Positions 9,745 through 19,194 are shown, counted from the stretch's first letter. The stretch: 64,000 nt of DNA from an uncultured Eubacteriales bacterium (GCA_964467515.1 CAYXQP010000002.1:1275-65274); one strand, 5' to 3'. Translations and numbers: made by a program. Notes: generated by a model from the sequence alone, not told the origin.

Positions 9745-11262
9745 GTGCGGGAGCGGGCGTCCTTCGTCTGCCGGGAGTGCGGGTACGAGGCGCCGCGGTG
9801 GTTGGGGCGCTGCCCCGCCTGCTCGGCGTGGAACTCCCTGGAGGAGGCGCATCCCCCGAGCGGGCGCCGCCCGGGGGGTGGCGCCGCGGCGCCTGCGGAC
9901 CCGGTACCCCTGGGTGACTTCGACGCTCCCGAGGGGCTGCGCGTAGCCTCCGGCATACCCGATCTGGACGCCGTCCTGGGCGGCGGATTGGTACCGGGTT
10001 CCCTCTCTCTCCTGGGGGGCGACCCGGGCGTGGGCAAGTCCACCCTGCTCCTGCAGCTCTGTATCCACCTGGCGGCCGGACCGGCGCCGGCCGAGTCCCG
10101 CTCCGGCCGGGGGGATGCGGGTGCCGACGGCGGCGCCCACGCCGCACCGGGTCCCGTCCTTTACGTGACGGGAGAGGAATCCCCGCGGCAGTTGCGGCTC
10201 CGGGCCGAGCGCCTGCGCCGGGGGCGGCCCTTGCCCGGCAATCTCCTTGTGCTCCCGTCCACCGACCTGGAGGAGATAGAGGCCACCGTGAGCCGCGTGA
10301 GGCCGGCCTTCCTGGCGGTGGACTCGGTGCAGACGGTGGCGGTGCCGGGGGTCGAGGCGTCTCCCGGCAGCGTGGCCCAGGTGCGGGAGGCGGCGGCGCG
10401 TTTCCTCCGCCTGGCCAAGGGCGAGGGGGTTACCATCTGGCTCGTGGGCCACATCAACAAGGAGGGCGTGCTGGCCGGTCCCAAGGTGCTGGAGCACCTG
10501 GTGGACGTGGTCCTCTACCTGGAGGGGGAGCGCCACGGGGCGCACCGGCTGCTGAGGAGCACCAAGAACCGCTTCGGTCCCACCAGCGAGATGGCGGTCC
10601 TGGCCATGGGGGAAGGCGGCCTGGAGGCGGTGGAGAACCCCTCGGCCCTCTTTCTCTCGGAGCGGGCCTCGGAGAGCCCAGGGTCGGCGGTGGCGGTCGC
10701 CTGCGAGGGGGAGCGGCCCTTTCTGGTGGAGGTGCAGGCCCTGGTCTGCCGGGCGGCGGGCGGGGTGCCGCGCCGTGTGGCCCAAGGTGTGGACGGCGGG
10801 CGGGTGGCGGTGATCCTGGCCGTGCTGGAGCGGCGGGCCGGGTTGCCCCTGGGCCAGCACGACGCCTACGTCAAAGTGGCCGGCGGCTTCCGGCTGGAGG
10901 AGCCGGCGGCCGACCTGGCGGTGGCTCTGGCCATGGCCTCGTCCTTCTACGACGTCCCCGTCGATCCGTCCCTGGCCCTGGCCGCCGAGGTGGGCCTGGC
11001 GGGGGAGCTGCGCGCCGTGGGACGGATGGAAACCAGGCTGCGCGAGGCCCGGCGGCTGGGGTTTCGCGCTCTCCTCGCGGCGCCTGCGGAGGCGCGCGGC
11101 CCCGGTCGGCTGCGCCCGGCGCCGGGCAGGAGCGGCGGCCAACGGAGAGCGGCGGGGGTCCTGGGAGCGGCCAACGTGCTGGAGGCGATGCGCCTGGCCC
11201 TCGCCTTGCCCGTGGGCGGTGCCGGCGAGGGGTGCCGCCGCGACAGGCCCGTGCAACGGTAG
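9745..11262 (+). CDS. radA: DNA repair protein RadA/Sms
   Basis: N-terminal C4 zinc finger (CRECGYEAPRWLGRCPAC), Walker A GDPGVGKST and a C-terminal Lon-like domain. Confidence 0.9.
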   Translation: MRERASFVCRECGYEAPRWLGRCPACSAWNSLEEAHPPSGRRPGGGAAAPADPVPLGDFDAPEGLRVASGIPDLDAVLGGGLVPGSLSLLGGDPGVGKSTLLLQLCIHLAAGPAPAESRSGRGDAGADGGAHAAPGPVLYVTGEESPRQLRLRAERLRRGRPLPGNLLVLPSTDLEEIEATVSRVRPAFLAVDSVQTVAVPGVEASPGSVAQVREAAARFLRLAKGEGVTIWLVGHINKEGVLAGPKVLEHLVDVVLYLEGERHGAHRLLRSTKNRFGPTSEMAVLAMGEGGLEAVENPSALFLSERASESPGSAVAVACEGERPFLVEVQALVCRAAGGVPRRVAQGVDGGRVAVILAVLERRAGLPLGQHDAYVKVAGGFRLEEPAADLAVALAMASSFYDVPVDPSLALAAEVGLAGELRAVGRMETRLREARRLGFRALLAAPAEARGPGRLRPAPGRSGGQRRAAGVLGAANVLEAMRLALALPVGGAGEGCRRDRPVQR

Positions 11263-11320
11263 CGCCCGCGCCGCCGAGGGGCGCGCCATCCGGCGCATGC
11301 GGGGGGCTGGTGACGGCGGC

Positions 11321-11716
11321 TCAGGAGATGTTGAAGATACCCAGCGTGGATACCTTTTTGTGCTCCTTGAGGAGGATGTCGAAGAGGTTGAGATCCAGGG
11401 TGTTGCAAAGGGCGGCCAGATAATAGAGCTGGTGTCCCACCTCCTCCTCCAGAGCCTCGGAGCACACGTCGCAGAGTTGGCCCTCCACGTGCGAGGGCAT
11501 GGCGGAACGCAGCTCCTCCAGGGTCATGTCAGGAGGGAAATGAGGCTTGCTGGCCACGATGCGCAGACAGCCGCAGGTGGTTACCGATTTCATGACCGCT
11601 CGGTTGACTCGGGCTGACGCCTCTTGGAGTTTGGAAAGAACATCCAGAATGCTCTTGTGGCGGATGAGGCTCTCGCGGACGGTATTTTGAAAGTCGTCAC
11701 AGAGGAGATCTCGCAC
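11321..11716 (-). CDS. Hypothetical Cys-rich small protein (131 aa), possibly metal-binding, family not recognised
   Basis: GTG start with an AAGGAAGGTGG Shine-Dalgarno 6 nt upstream. CGC and CDVC motifs separated by His-containing spacers. Local GC (~57%) is lower than the surroundings. Convergent with radA. Confidence 0.45.
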   Translation of the reverse strand: MRDLLCDDFQNTVRESLIRHKSILDVLSKLQEASARVNRAVMKSVTTCGCLRIVASKPHFPPDMTLEELRSAMPSHVEGQLCDVCSEALEEEVGHQLYYLAALCNTLDLNLFDILLKEHKKVSTLGIFNIS

Positions 11717-11870
11717 CGCGGGCCACCTTCCTTGGGCGCCATTGTAGCCAGCCTGCGAGGCATTGTCAACGGCTGGACGCGCGCCGGAGGGCGGGTTGCC
11801 GGCCGCTTGCGGCCCCATGGTCTTCCTCGTGCGCGGCGGGACGCGCTGCTGGCAAAAGGTTACAGTCTCC

Positions 11871-11899
11871 TTGAACCGGGGTTGGGAGACCAATATAAT
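11871..11899 (+). promoter_or_regulatory. Near-consensus SigA promoter (TTGAAC, 17 nt, TATAAT) for the yacL-ispDF-cysS unit
   Basis: TTGAAC at 11871-11876 and TATAAT at 11894-11899, 28 nt upstream of the ATG at 11928. Confidence 0.6.
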
Positions 11900-11927
11900 A
11901 GCAGCGAAAGGCGGTGAATGCCAAGAC

Positions 11928-13052
11928 ATGCAACGGGCTATCCGCCTCTTCTTCGCCGTCGTGGGGTTCGTCGGCGGCTTCTACCTGTTCAGCAGCTTGG
12001 ACGGTCTGGTGCGCGAGTTCCTCCTGCCGTCTCTGCCCTCCTGGGGGCGGATGGCTCTCCTGACCACCTCCGTCCTGGCAGGGGGAGTGCTGGGCGCTGT
12101 CCTGGGCCCCCTGGCCCTGCGTCTGGCGTGGCAGGCAGCCACCTGGTGCCAGGCGCGGCTGGCGCGGATTCCTACATTTGATATATTGGCCGGCGCGGCC
12201 GGTCTCATCGTGGGCCTCGTCATAGCCTACCTGTTGCGTCCCGCCCTGCAGCCCCTGCCCCTGGTGGGTTCCTACCTGCCCGGGGCCGTGAGCCTGCTCT
12301 TGGGCTACCTGGGCTGGGTGGTGGCCCTCCACAAGAGGGAGGAGATGGTGTCCCTCCTTTCGGCCCTGTCCAGCGTGGGGAGGGAGCGGCCGACCGAGCG
12401 CGTCGGCGACGACAGGGAGCTGCGGGGGTCCAAGATCCTGGACACGAGCGCCATCATCGACGGGCGCGTGGCCGACGTGGCGCGGGCCGGCTTCCTGGAC
12501 GGGACCCTGGTGGTCCCCGGTTTCGTCCTCGACGAGCTGCGCCGCATCGCTGACTCGGCCGATCCGGTCAAGCGGAGCCGCGGCCGGCGCGGGCTCGACC
12601 TGCTCAAGCGGATGCAGCAGGAGGGGGGGGCGGCGGTCTGCATCCTGGACCGGGAAGGGGAGCGCGGCGACGGCGGCGAGGTGGACGTGCGCCTCGTCCG
12701 CCTGGCCCAGAGGCTGGACGGCAAGATCGTCACCAACGACTTCAACCTCAACAAAGTGGCTTCCCTCCACGGCGTGGGCGTCCTCAACGTCAATGAGCTG
12801 GCCAACGCCCTGCGGCCCGTCTTCCTGCCCGGGGAGGAGATGTCGGTCTACATCCTCCGGGACGGCAAGGAGCCAGGCCAGGGCGTTGGCTACTTGGAGG
12901 ACGGCACCATGATCGTGGTGGAGGGCGGCAAGCGCCATATCGGGGAGACCGTCGAGGTGGAGGTAACCAGCGTCTTGCAGACGGCGGCGGGGCGCATGAT
13001 CTTCGCGCGGCCCAGGGTCGCGGCCGAGGCCAGGCTGGGCGCCAGAGCGTGA
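11928..13052 (+). CDS. PIN/TRAM-domain membrane-associated protein (YacL-like)
   Basis: N-terminal TM helices, a PIN domain (ILDTSAIIDGRV...VTNDFNLNKVA) and a C-terminal TRAM domain. The start was moved to the ATG downstream of the promoter, which avoids overlap with the antisense gene. Confidence 0.8.
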   Translation: MQRAIRLFFAVVGFVGGFYLFSSLDGLVREFLLPSLPSWGRMALLTTSVLAGGVLGAVLGPLALRLAWQAATWCQARLARIPTFDILAGAAGLIVGLVIAYLLRPALQPLPLVGSYLPGAVSLLLGYLGWVVALHKREEMVSLLSALSSVGRERPTERVGDDRELRGSKILDTSAIIDGRVADVARAGFLDGTLVVPGFVLDELRRIADSADPVKRSRGRRGLDLLKRMQQEGGAAVCILDREGERGDGGEVDVRLVRLAQRLDGKIVTNDFNLNKVASLHGVGVLNVNELANALRPVFLPGEEMSVYILRDGKEPGQGVGYLEDGTMIVVEGGKRHIGETVEVEVTSVLQTAAGRMIFARPRVAAEARLGARA

Positions 13053-14215
13053 GCTGCGCCGCCATCCTGGCCGCGGCCGGACGGGCGAGGCGCCTAGGGC
13101 TGGATCTCAACAAGGCTCTGCTCCCTCTGGGAGGAGAGCCTGTTTTGGTGCATGCCCTCCGCCCCCTGGCGGAGGCCCCTTCCATAGAGGCCATCGTGGT
13201 GGTGGCCAGGTCCGGCGAGGAGGAGAGGTGCCGGCTCCTGGCGGAGCGGTACGGCGGCGGCAAGGTCCTGGACGTGGTCACGGGCGGCGACGAGCGGCAG
13301 GAGTCGGTGGCCCGCGGGCTGGCGGCCGTCCCGGAAGCCTTCGAGCTGGTGGCCGTCCACGACGCGGCGCGGCCCTTCGTCACCGCCCATCTGGTGGAGG
13401 AGACGGTGGCGGCGGCTCGCCGCTGGGGGGCGGCGTGCCTGGCCCTTCCGGCCCGCGATACCGTCAAACTGGCGGACGACGAGGGGTTCGTGGCGGCCAC
13501 GCCCCCGCGGGAACGGATCTGGCTGGCCCAGACCCCCCAGGTGTTCCGCCGTTCCCTGCTGGTCAGGGCCTTCCGGGCGGCCGCCGAGGCCGGGCGGCGC
13601 GGCACCGACGAGGCTTCCCTGGTGGAGGCCCTGGGAGGGCGGGTGCGGCTCGTGGCGGGTTCCCCGCTCAACATCAAGATCACCGAGCCGGCGGATCTCC
13701 GCCTGGCGGAGGGCCTTGTGGCCGGGGTGAGCGGCGGCGTGCGGGTGGGGTTCGGGTACGACGTGCACCCCCTGGCCGACGGACGCCCCCTGGTTCTGGG
13801 CGGGGTGCGGATTCCCTGGGGAAGGGGGCTTCTCGGCAACACGGATGCCGACGTGGCGTGCCACGCCCTCATGGACGCCCTCCTGGGCGCGGCGGGGTTG
13901 GGAGACATCGGAGGGTTTTTCCCGCCCGACGCCGAAGAGTTCCGGGACGCTGAGAGCCTGGCCCTGCTGCGGCGCGTGGCGGCGGAGCTGCGGGGGAGGG
14001 GTTGGCGGGTGAGCAACGCCGACGTGACCATCCTGGCCGAGGAGCCGCGCCTGGCTCCCCTGCTAACGGAGATGGCCCGCCTCCTGGGCGAGGCGGTGGC
14101 GGCGCCGGGCCGGGTCAACGTCAAGGCGGCGCGCGGCGAGGGGTTGGGCTTCGTGGGCAGGGGAGAGGGCATGGCGGCCCACGCCGTCGTCCTCATCCGG
14201 GCGGGGGTGGACTGA
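13049..14215 (+). CDS. ispDF: Bifunctional IspD/IspF (MEP cytidylyltransferase fused to MEcPP synthase)
   Basis: N-terminal IspD (AAILAAAGRARRLG...) and C-terminal IspF (GFGYDVHPL...GNTDADVACHALMDALLGAAGLGDIG) in one 388-aa ORF. GTGA overlap with the upstream gene. Confidence 0.85.
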   Translation: MSCAAILAAAGRARRLGLDLNKALLPLGGEPVLVHALRPLAEAPSIEAIVVVARSGEEERCRLLAERYGGGKVLDVVTGGDERQESVARGLAAVPEAFELVAVHDAARPFVTAHLVEETVAAARRWGAACLALPARDTVKLADDEGFVAATPPRERIWLAQTPQVFRRSLLVRAFRAAAEAGRRGTDEASLVEALGGRVRLVAGSPLNIKITEPADLRLAEGLVAGVSGGVRVGFGYDVHPLADGRPLVLGGVRIPWGRGLLGNTDADVACHALMDALLGAAGLGDIGGFFPPDAEEFRDAESLALLRRVAAELRGRGWRVSNADVTILAEEPRLAPLLTEMARLLGEAVAAPGRVNVKAARGEGLGFVGRGEGMAAHAVVLIRAGVD

Positions 14216-15678
14216 TGGGGCTGCGGCTGCACAACACCCTCACCAGGCGGAGGGAGGAGTTCGTACCGCGGGACCCGGGGCGGGCGGCCATGTATTTCTG
14301 TGGTCCCACGCCCTATAGCCACACCCACGTCGGCCACCTGCGGCCCGCCCTGACGGGCGACATCCTGGCGCGCTACCTCAAGTACCGCGGTTATGCCGTC
14401 TTCTACGTCTCCAACTTCACGGACGTGGACGACAAGATCATCCAGAGGGCGGAGGAAGAGGGCGTCCCGCCCCTCGACCTCAGTGCCCGTTACGCCCGCG
14501 AGTACCTGGAGGTCTTGGACCGCATGGGCATGGATCAGGTCAACCTCTGGGTCAAGGTCACCGACCACATGCCCGAGATCGTGGAAATGGTGGACGGCCT
14601 CCTGCGCAACGGGCTGGCCTACCGTCTGAACGGGGACGTCTACTACCACGTGCCCTCCTTCCCCGGCTACGGCAAGCTTTCGGGGCGGCGGCTGGAGGAG
14701 TTGCTGGCGGGGGCCAGGGTGGCGGTGGACGAGCGCAAGCGCCACCCCATGGACTTCGCCCTGTGGAAGGCGGCCAAACCGGGCGAGCCCTCGTGGCCGA
14801 GCCCCTGGGGGCACGGCCGGCCCGGCTGGCACATCGAGTGCTCCGCCATGAGCATTCACTACCTGGGTGACGGTTTCGACATCCACGGCGGCGGGGAGGA
14901 CCTCATCTTCCCGCATCACGAGAACGAGATCGCCCAAGCCGAGGGCTTCACGGGGCGGGCGCCCTTCGTCCGCTTCTGGGTTCACAACGGCCTCATCCAC
15001 GTCAACCGCGAGAAGATGTCCAAGTCCCTCGGCAACTTCGTGACGGCCGGGGAGATCCTGAGACGGTTCTCACCGCAGGCGGTGCGGCTCTTCATGCTCT
15101 CCACCCACTACCGCCACCCCCTCGACTTTTCCTGGGAAGCCCTGGAGGAGGCGGAGCGGGCGTGGGAGCGGGTCGCGGAGACGGTGCGGCGAGCGCGGGA
15201 GATCCTGGGTGATGCCGGCATGCCGGAGTGGGAGACCGACCGAGGTGGTGGGCCAGAGCCGGCGGGAGTGGCGGCCGGCGCCGCCGACGGCCCGGTGGCC
15301 GAGGTCCGCGACCGGTTCGTGGAAGCCATGGACGACGACCTCAACACGGCGCGGGCCCTGGGGGTGGTGTTCGACCTGGTGCGGGCCGTCAACGCCGCCC
15401 TGGACCGGGCCGCCGAAGGCGGCGCAGGCGAAGCGGCTTCCCTGGCGGGCCTGCTGGAGGAGCTCGTCGCGGTGCTGGGTTTTCACGTTTCCCGGGAACG
15501 GCCGGAGGCGAGCCCCGCCGACGGCCTGGTGGGCGGGCTGGTGGAGCTGGTCCTGGAGCTGCGGCAGGAGGCCAGGCTGGCGCGGCAGTGGGAGCGGGCC
15601 GACTACCTGCGGGCGCGCCTGGCCGGCCTCGGCATCGAGGTGGAGGACACGCCCCAGGGGAGCCGGTGGAGGAGGTAG
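14215..15678 (+). CDS. cysS: Cysteinyl-tRNA synthetase
   Basis: HVGHLRPA (HIGH-like) and KMSKSLGN motifs. ATGA overlap with ispDF. Confidence 0.9.
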   Translation: MGLRLHNTLTRRREEFVPRDPGRAAMYFCGPTPYSHTHVGHLRPALTGDILARYLKYRGYAVFYVSNFTDVDDKIIQRAEEEGVPPLDLSARYAREYLEVLDRMGMDQVNLWVKVTDHMPEIVEMVDGLLRNGLAYRLNGDVYYHVPSFPGYGKLSGRRLEELLAGARVAVDERKRHPMDFALWKAAKPGEPSWPSPWGHGRPGWHIECSAMSIHYLGDGFDIHGGGEDLIFPHHENEIAQAEGFTGRAPFVRFWVHNGLIHVNREKMSKSLGNFVTAGEILRRFSPQAVRLFMLSTHYRHPLDFSWEALEEAERAWERVAETVRRAREILGDAGMPEWETDRGGGPEPAGVAAGAADGPVAEVRDRFVEAMDDDLNTARALGVVFDLVRAVNAALDRAAEGGAGEAASLAGLLEELVAVLGFHVSRERPEASPADGLVGGLVELVLELRQEARLARQWERADYLRARLAGLGIEVEDTPQGSRWRR

Positions 15679-15682
15679 GGCC

Positions 15683-16336
15683 GTGGAGGTCTCCATCCTG
15701 ACGTGCACCCCCGATCCTCTCCGCGTCATCTGGACGGCGGCCCGCACCTGTTACAGCGCCATGTCGCCCCAGGCCCTGTGGGAGGGGATGCCCGGGCGCG
15801 AGGACATGCTCCGCCTCGTGCGCAAGATCTTCAACTCCCGGCACCACAGCGTGGTGGAGCACTGCACCGTCACCTACGCCGTGACGGGCATATCGCGCAC
15901 CTGCCTGGCCCAGCTCACCCGCCACCGCATCGGCGTCAGCTTCTCCGTCCAATCCCAGCGCTACGTGTCCGAGAGGTCCGACAGAAACGAAGGCCTTTTC
16001 GGCGCGGTTGTGCCGCCGTCGGTGGCCGCGGAGCCGGCTGCCGCCGCCCTCTACCGCCGCACCCTCCGGGAGATCCAGCGGGCCTACGACGAGCTGACGG
16101 ACCTGGGGGTGCCCAAGGAGGACGCGCGCTTCGTCCTGCCGGGCGGCGCCGAGACCAACCTGGTCGTAACCGTCAACCTCCGGTCCCTCCTGGACCTGTA
16201 CCAAAAGAGGGTGGCCACGCCCGGCGCCCAGTGGGAGATCCGCTCCCTCGTCCAGAGGATGGTGGACCTCCTGGTGGAAAGGGAGGCGTGGCTGGCGGAG
16301 TTCTTCCAGCCTGGATCGGTGCCGGCCAGTGGATGA
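15683..16336 (+). CDS. thyX: Flavin-dependent thymidylate synthase ThyX
   Basis: ThyX motif RHRIGVSFSVQSQRY. GTG start with a GGAGG Shine-Dalgarno 7 nt upstream. Confidence 0.85.
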   Translation: MEVSILTCTPDPLRVIWTAARTCYSAMSPQALWEGMPGREDMLRLVRKIFNSRHHSVVEHCTVTYAVTGISRTCLAQLTRHRIGVSFSVQSQRYVSERSDRNEGLFGAVVPPSVAAEPAAAALYRRTLREIQRAYDELTDLGVPKEDARFVLPGGAETNLVVTVNLRSLLDLYQKRVATPGAQWEIRSLVQRMVDLLVEREAWLAEFFQPGSVPASG

Positions 16337-17093
16337 ATCCCAGATCGAGGGCCTTCAGCCGGTGCTGGAGGCGCTGCGGGCCGGGCGGAGCGTCCACAAG
16401 GTCTTTTTGGCGCGGGAGGGCGGCGGGAGGCTGGGCGAGGTGGCGCGCCTGGCCAGGGCCCGGGGTGTGCCCGTCGTGAAGGTCCCGCGCCGGTTCTTCG
16501 CCCGGCGCGCCGCCACCGCCGCCCACCAGGGTGTCCTGGCCCTGGTGGCACCTCGGCCCCCCGCCTCCCTGCAGGACATCCTCCACCTGGCCGCGGCCCG
16601 GTGTGAGCCTGCCCTGGTTCTGGTGGCGGCGGGGATTCAGGATCCGCGCAACCTGGGTTCCCTCGTGCGGTCGGCGGAGGCGGCGGGAGCCCACGGTCTC
16701 TGCTTTCCCGTCCGCCGGGGTGCCTCCCTCGGGCCCGCGGCCCTCAAGGCGGCGGCGGGGGCGGCCGAGCACCTGCCCCTGTGGCCGGTAGTCAACGTGT
16801 CCCAGGCGTTGCGGCAGATGAAGGAGGCGGGGCTCTGGGTGATCGGCGCCGACCCCGGCGCGGGCCTCCGCCTCTGGGAGGCGGACCTGACGGGGCCGTG
16901 CGCCCTGGTGGTGGGCGGCGAGGAGCGGGGCTTGCCGGCCTTGGTGAGGCGGGCCTGCGACGTCCTGGTTTCGATCCCCATGCTGGGGCGCGTCGCGTCC
17001 CTGAACGCCGCCGTGGCCGGAGCGCTGCTGCTCTTCGAGGTGCGTCGGCAACGCCTGTTCGGGCCTTGCGCGCCAAGGGATGCAAAAGTATAA
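16329..17093 (+). CDS. rlmB: 23S rRNA (guanosine-2'-O)-methyltransferase RlmB (SpoU/TrmH family)
   Basis: SpoU methylase motifs (LVLVAAGIQDPRNLGSLVRSAEAAG and LVVGGEERGL...SLNAAVAG). Position upstream of sigH matches B. subtilis yacO. Confidence 0.8.
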   Translation: MDESQIEGLQPVLEALRAGRSVHKVFLAREGGGRLGEVARLARARGVPVVKVPRRFFARRAATAAHQGVLALVAPRPPASLQDILHLAAARCEPALVLVAAGIQDPRNLGSLVRSAEAAGAHGLCFPVRRGASLGPAALKAAAGAAEHLPLWPVVNVSQALRQMKEAGLWVIGADPGAGLRLWEADLTGPCALVVGGEERGLPALVRRACDVLVSIPMLGRVASLNAAVAGALLLFEVRRQRLFGPCAPRDAKV

Positions 17094-17269
17094 TTGTCGC
17101 TGTGTGGGTTGTCCCTGTAGGTTGAGGTTACTTTTTCGTATAGTATGTGACGTTTTTCGTATGATTTTTTGTAATTAGATGCGAACCTTAGCTCTTTTGT
17201 CAGGGCTCCGGGGTGGCCGGGCGCGCCCTGGGTGCGGGGTGGGGGCGCCGGCGAGGGGGAGGGTTGTTG
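17094..17269 (+). promoter_or_regulatory. AT-rich regulatory island upstream of sigH with a direct repeat TTTTTCGTAT (17132-17141 and 17153-17162) and -10-like TATAGT/TATGAT elements
   Basis: Strong local drop in GC within a ~70% GC genome. The repeat and several -10-like hexamers are seen directly. The promoter assignment is uncertain. Confidence 0.4.
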
Positions 17270-17953
17270 GTGAGCGTTCAGCCGCAATACCAAGGCCCGC
17301 CTGCCTTTTCGGTTTCACCGCACGAGGAGAACGGAGACGAGCAGCTGGTCCACCGCGCCCGCAACGGCGACGACGCGGCGTTGGACTGCCTCATTACCAA
17401 GTACATGCACTTCGTGCGCTCCAAGGCCCGATCCTACTTCCTCATCGGGGCCGACCGGGAGGACATCGTCCAGGAGGGGATGATCGGCCTCTTCAAGGCC
17501 ATCCGCGATTTTCGCAACGACAAGCTGTCCTCCTTCCGCGCCTTTGCCGAGCTGTGCATAACCAGGCAGATCATCACGGCCATCAAAACGGCCACGCGAC
17601 AGAAGCACATTCCGCTCAATTCCTACATCTCCCTGAACCGGCCTCTCTACGACGACGACTCGGACCGGACCCTGCTGGACGTGGTGGCCGGCTCCAAGGT
17701 GAGCGATCCCGAGGAGATCGTCATCGCCCACGAGGAGTTCGGCGCCATCGAGCGCAAGATGGGAGAGCTCCTGAGCGAGCTGGAGCGGCAGGTCCTGGCG
17801 GCCTATCTCAACGGCAAGTCGTACCAGGAGATAGCCGCCAGCCTCAACCGCCACGTCAAGTCCATTGACAACGCCCTCCAGAGGGTCAAGCGCAAGCTGG
17901 AGAGGCACGTGGGCTCCCGCGACGCCGTGCTGAGGTCCGGCCGGCAGGTCTAG
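17270..17953 (+). CDS. sigH: RNA polymerase sigma factor SigH (Spo0H-like)
   Basis: Sigma-70 region 2 (DIVQEGMIGLFKAIRDF) and region 4 (SYQEIAASLNRHVKSIDNALQRVKRKL). GTG start with a GGGGGAGGG Shine-Dalgarno. Conserved position after rlmB. Confidence 0.85.
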   Translation: MSVQPQYQGPPAFSVSPHEENGDEQLVHRARNGDDAALDCLITKYMHFVRSKARSYFLIGADREDIVQEGMIGLFKAIRDFRNDKLSSFRAFAELCITRQIITAIKTATRQKHIPLNSYISLNRPLYDDDSDRTLLDVVAGSKVSDPEEIVIAHEEFGAIERKMGELLSELERQVLAAYLNGKSYQEIAASLNRHVKSIDNALQRVKRKLERHVGSRDAVLRSGRQV

Positions 17954-17963
17954 GAGACCGTCC

Positions 17964-19169
17964 TTGTCTCATTTTCTCCCCCTGCTCCTTCTCCTGGCCG
18001 TGCTCATAGCGGGGGCGCGGCTGGGCGGCATCGCCGCCTCCCGGCTCAGGCAGCCCGCCGTCTTCGGCGAGCTGCTGGCGGGCGTGCTGGTCGGGCCGAG
18101 TCTCCTGGACCTCCTGCACTGGGACTACTTCCATGAGCCCGTGGTGGCCACCTTCGTCAGGGACGTGGCCGGGCTGGGGGCCATCTTCCTCATGTTCCTG
18201 GCCGGCCTGGAGAGCGACCTGGGGCAGATGCGGGCGGTGGGAAGGCCGGCCCTCCTCGGCGCTGCCGGCGGCGTGCTCCTTCCCTTCGCGGGCGGTTACG
18301 CCCTTGCGCGCCTCTGGGGATTCGGTGCCTGGGAGGGTGCCTTCGTGGGCACCATCCTCACGGCCACCAGCGTCAGCATCTCGGCCCAGACCCTCATGGA
18401 CATGCGCCGTCTGCGGACGCGGGAGGGGGCGGCCATCCTGGGGGCCGCCGTCATCGACGACGTCCTGGCGGTCCTGGTCCTCTCCCTGGTGCTGGCCCTG
18501 CACCCGGCGGCGGGCGGGGGAGGCGGCACGGGCCTGGTGGCGGTCCGGGAGGTGGTGGTCAAGATCGCCCTCTTCTTCGGGGCGGTCTTCCTGAGCCGGC
18601 GTGTCCTCTATCGCCTGGTGGAGCTGGCGACCCGGGCCGGCATCCACCAGACCTTCTTCACCTTCGTGGTGGTGGCCGCCCTGGGCTACTCCTGGGCTGC
18701 CGAGGCCCTGGGCGGCGTTGCGGCCATCACCGGCGCCTACCTGGCGGGCGTCCTCTTCCAGGGCACCGGCCATCGGGAGCTGATCGAGGACCGCATCCGT
18801 CCCTTCGCCTACGCCTTCTTCGTGCCCGTCTTCCTGGTCGGGATCGGGCTTGAGGCCGACGTAGGGGAAACGGTGGGTGACCCGGCCTTCGTGGGCCTGG
18901 TGACGGTGCTGGCGGTGGTGAGCAAGCTGGCGGGGGTCCTGGCGGGCGGGATGGCGGCGGGGTTCGGCTTCACCCCCTCGTTGCGCTTCGGCGTGGGCAT
19001 GATCTCGCGGGGCGAGATCGCCATGATCATCGCCATCCTCGGTCTGGAGCGCGGCATCATAGACGAGCGGGTCTTCTCCGCCATGGTCATCATGACCTTG
19101 GTCACCACGGTGGTGACGCCTGTCCTGCTGCGCCTGTCCTTCCGGGAAAGGGCGCGTCGCGCGCATTAG
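17964..19169 (+). CDS. Cation:proton antiporter (CPA2 family, Na+/H+ exchanger-like)
   Basis: About 12 TM helices. N-terminus typical of Na_H_exchanger proteins. Confidence 0.75.
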   Translation: MSHFLPLLLLLAVLIAGARLGGIAASRLRQPAVFGELLAGVLVGPSLLDLLHWDYFHEPVVATFVRDVAGLGAIFLMFLAGLESDLGQMRAVGRPALLGAAGGVLLPFAGGYALARLWGFGAWEGAFVGTILTATSVSISAQTLMDMRRLRTREGAAILGAAVIDDVLAVLVLSLVLALHPAAGGGGGTGLVAVREVVVKIALFFGAVFLSRRVLYRLVELATRAGIHQTFFTFVVVAALGYSWAAEALGGVAAITGAYLAGVLFQGTGHRELIEDRIRPFAYAFFVPVFLVGIGLEADVGETVGDPAFVGLVTVLAVVSKLAGVLAGGMAAGFGFTPSLRFGVGMISRGEIAMIIAILGLERGIIDERVFSAMVIMTLVTTVVTPVLLRLSFRERARRAH

Positions 19170-19194
19170 CCGCCGCGCCTTCGCGTCCTTCGGC

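Noticed and set aside
11763-11927. 55-codon N-terminal extension of the yacL-like ORF listed in the track
   Set aside because: The extension would overlap the convergent Cys-rich gene and begins upstream of the TTGAAC-17-TATAAT promoter. The ATG at 11928 has a Shine-Dalgarno and gives a protein that begins with TM helices, as expected.
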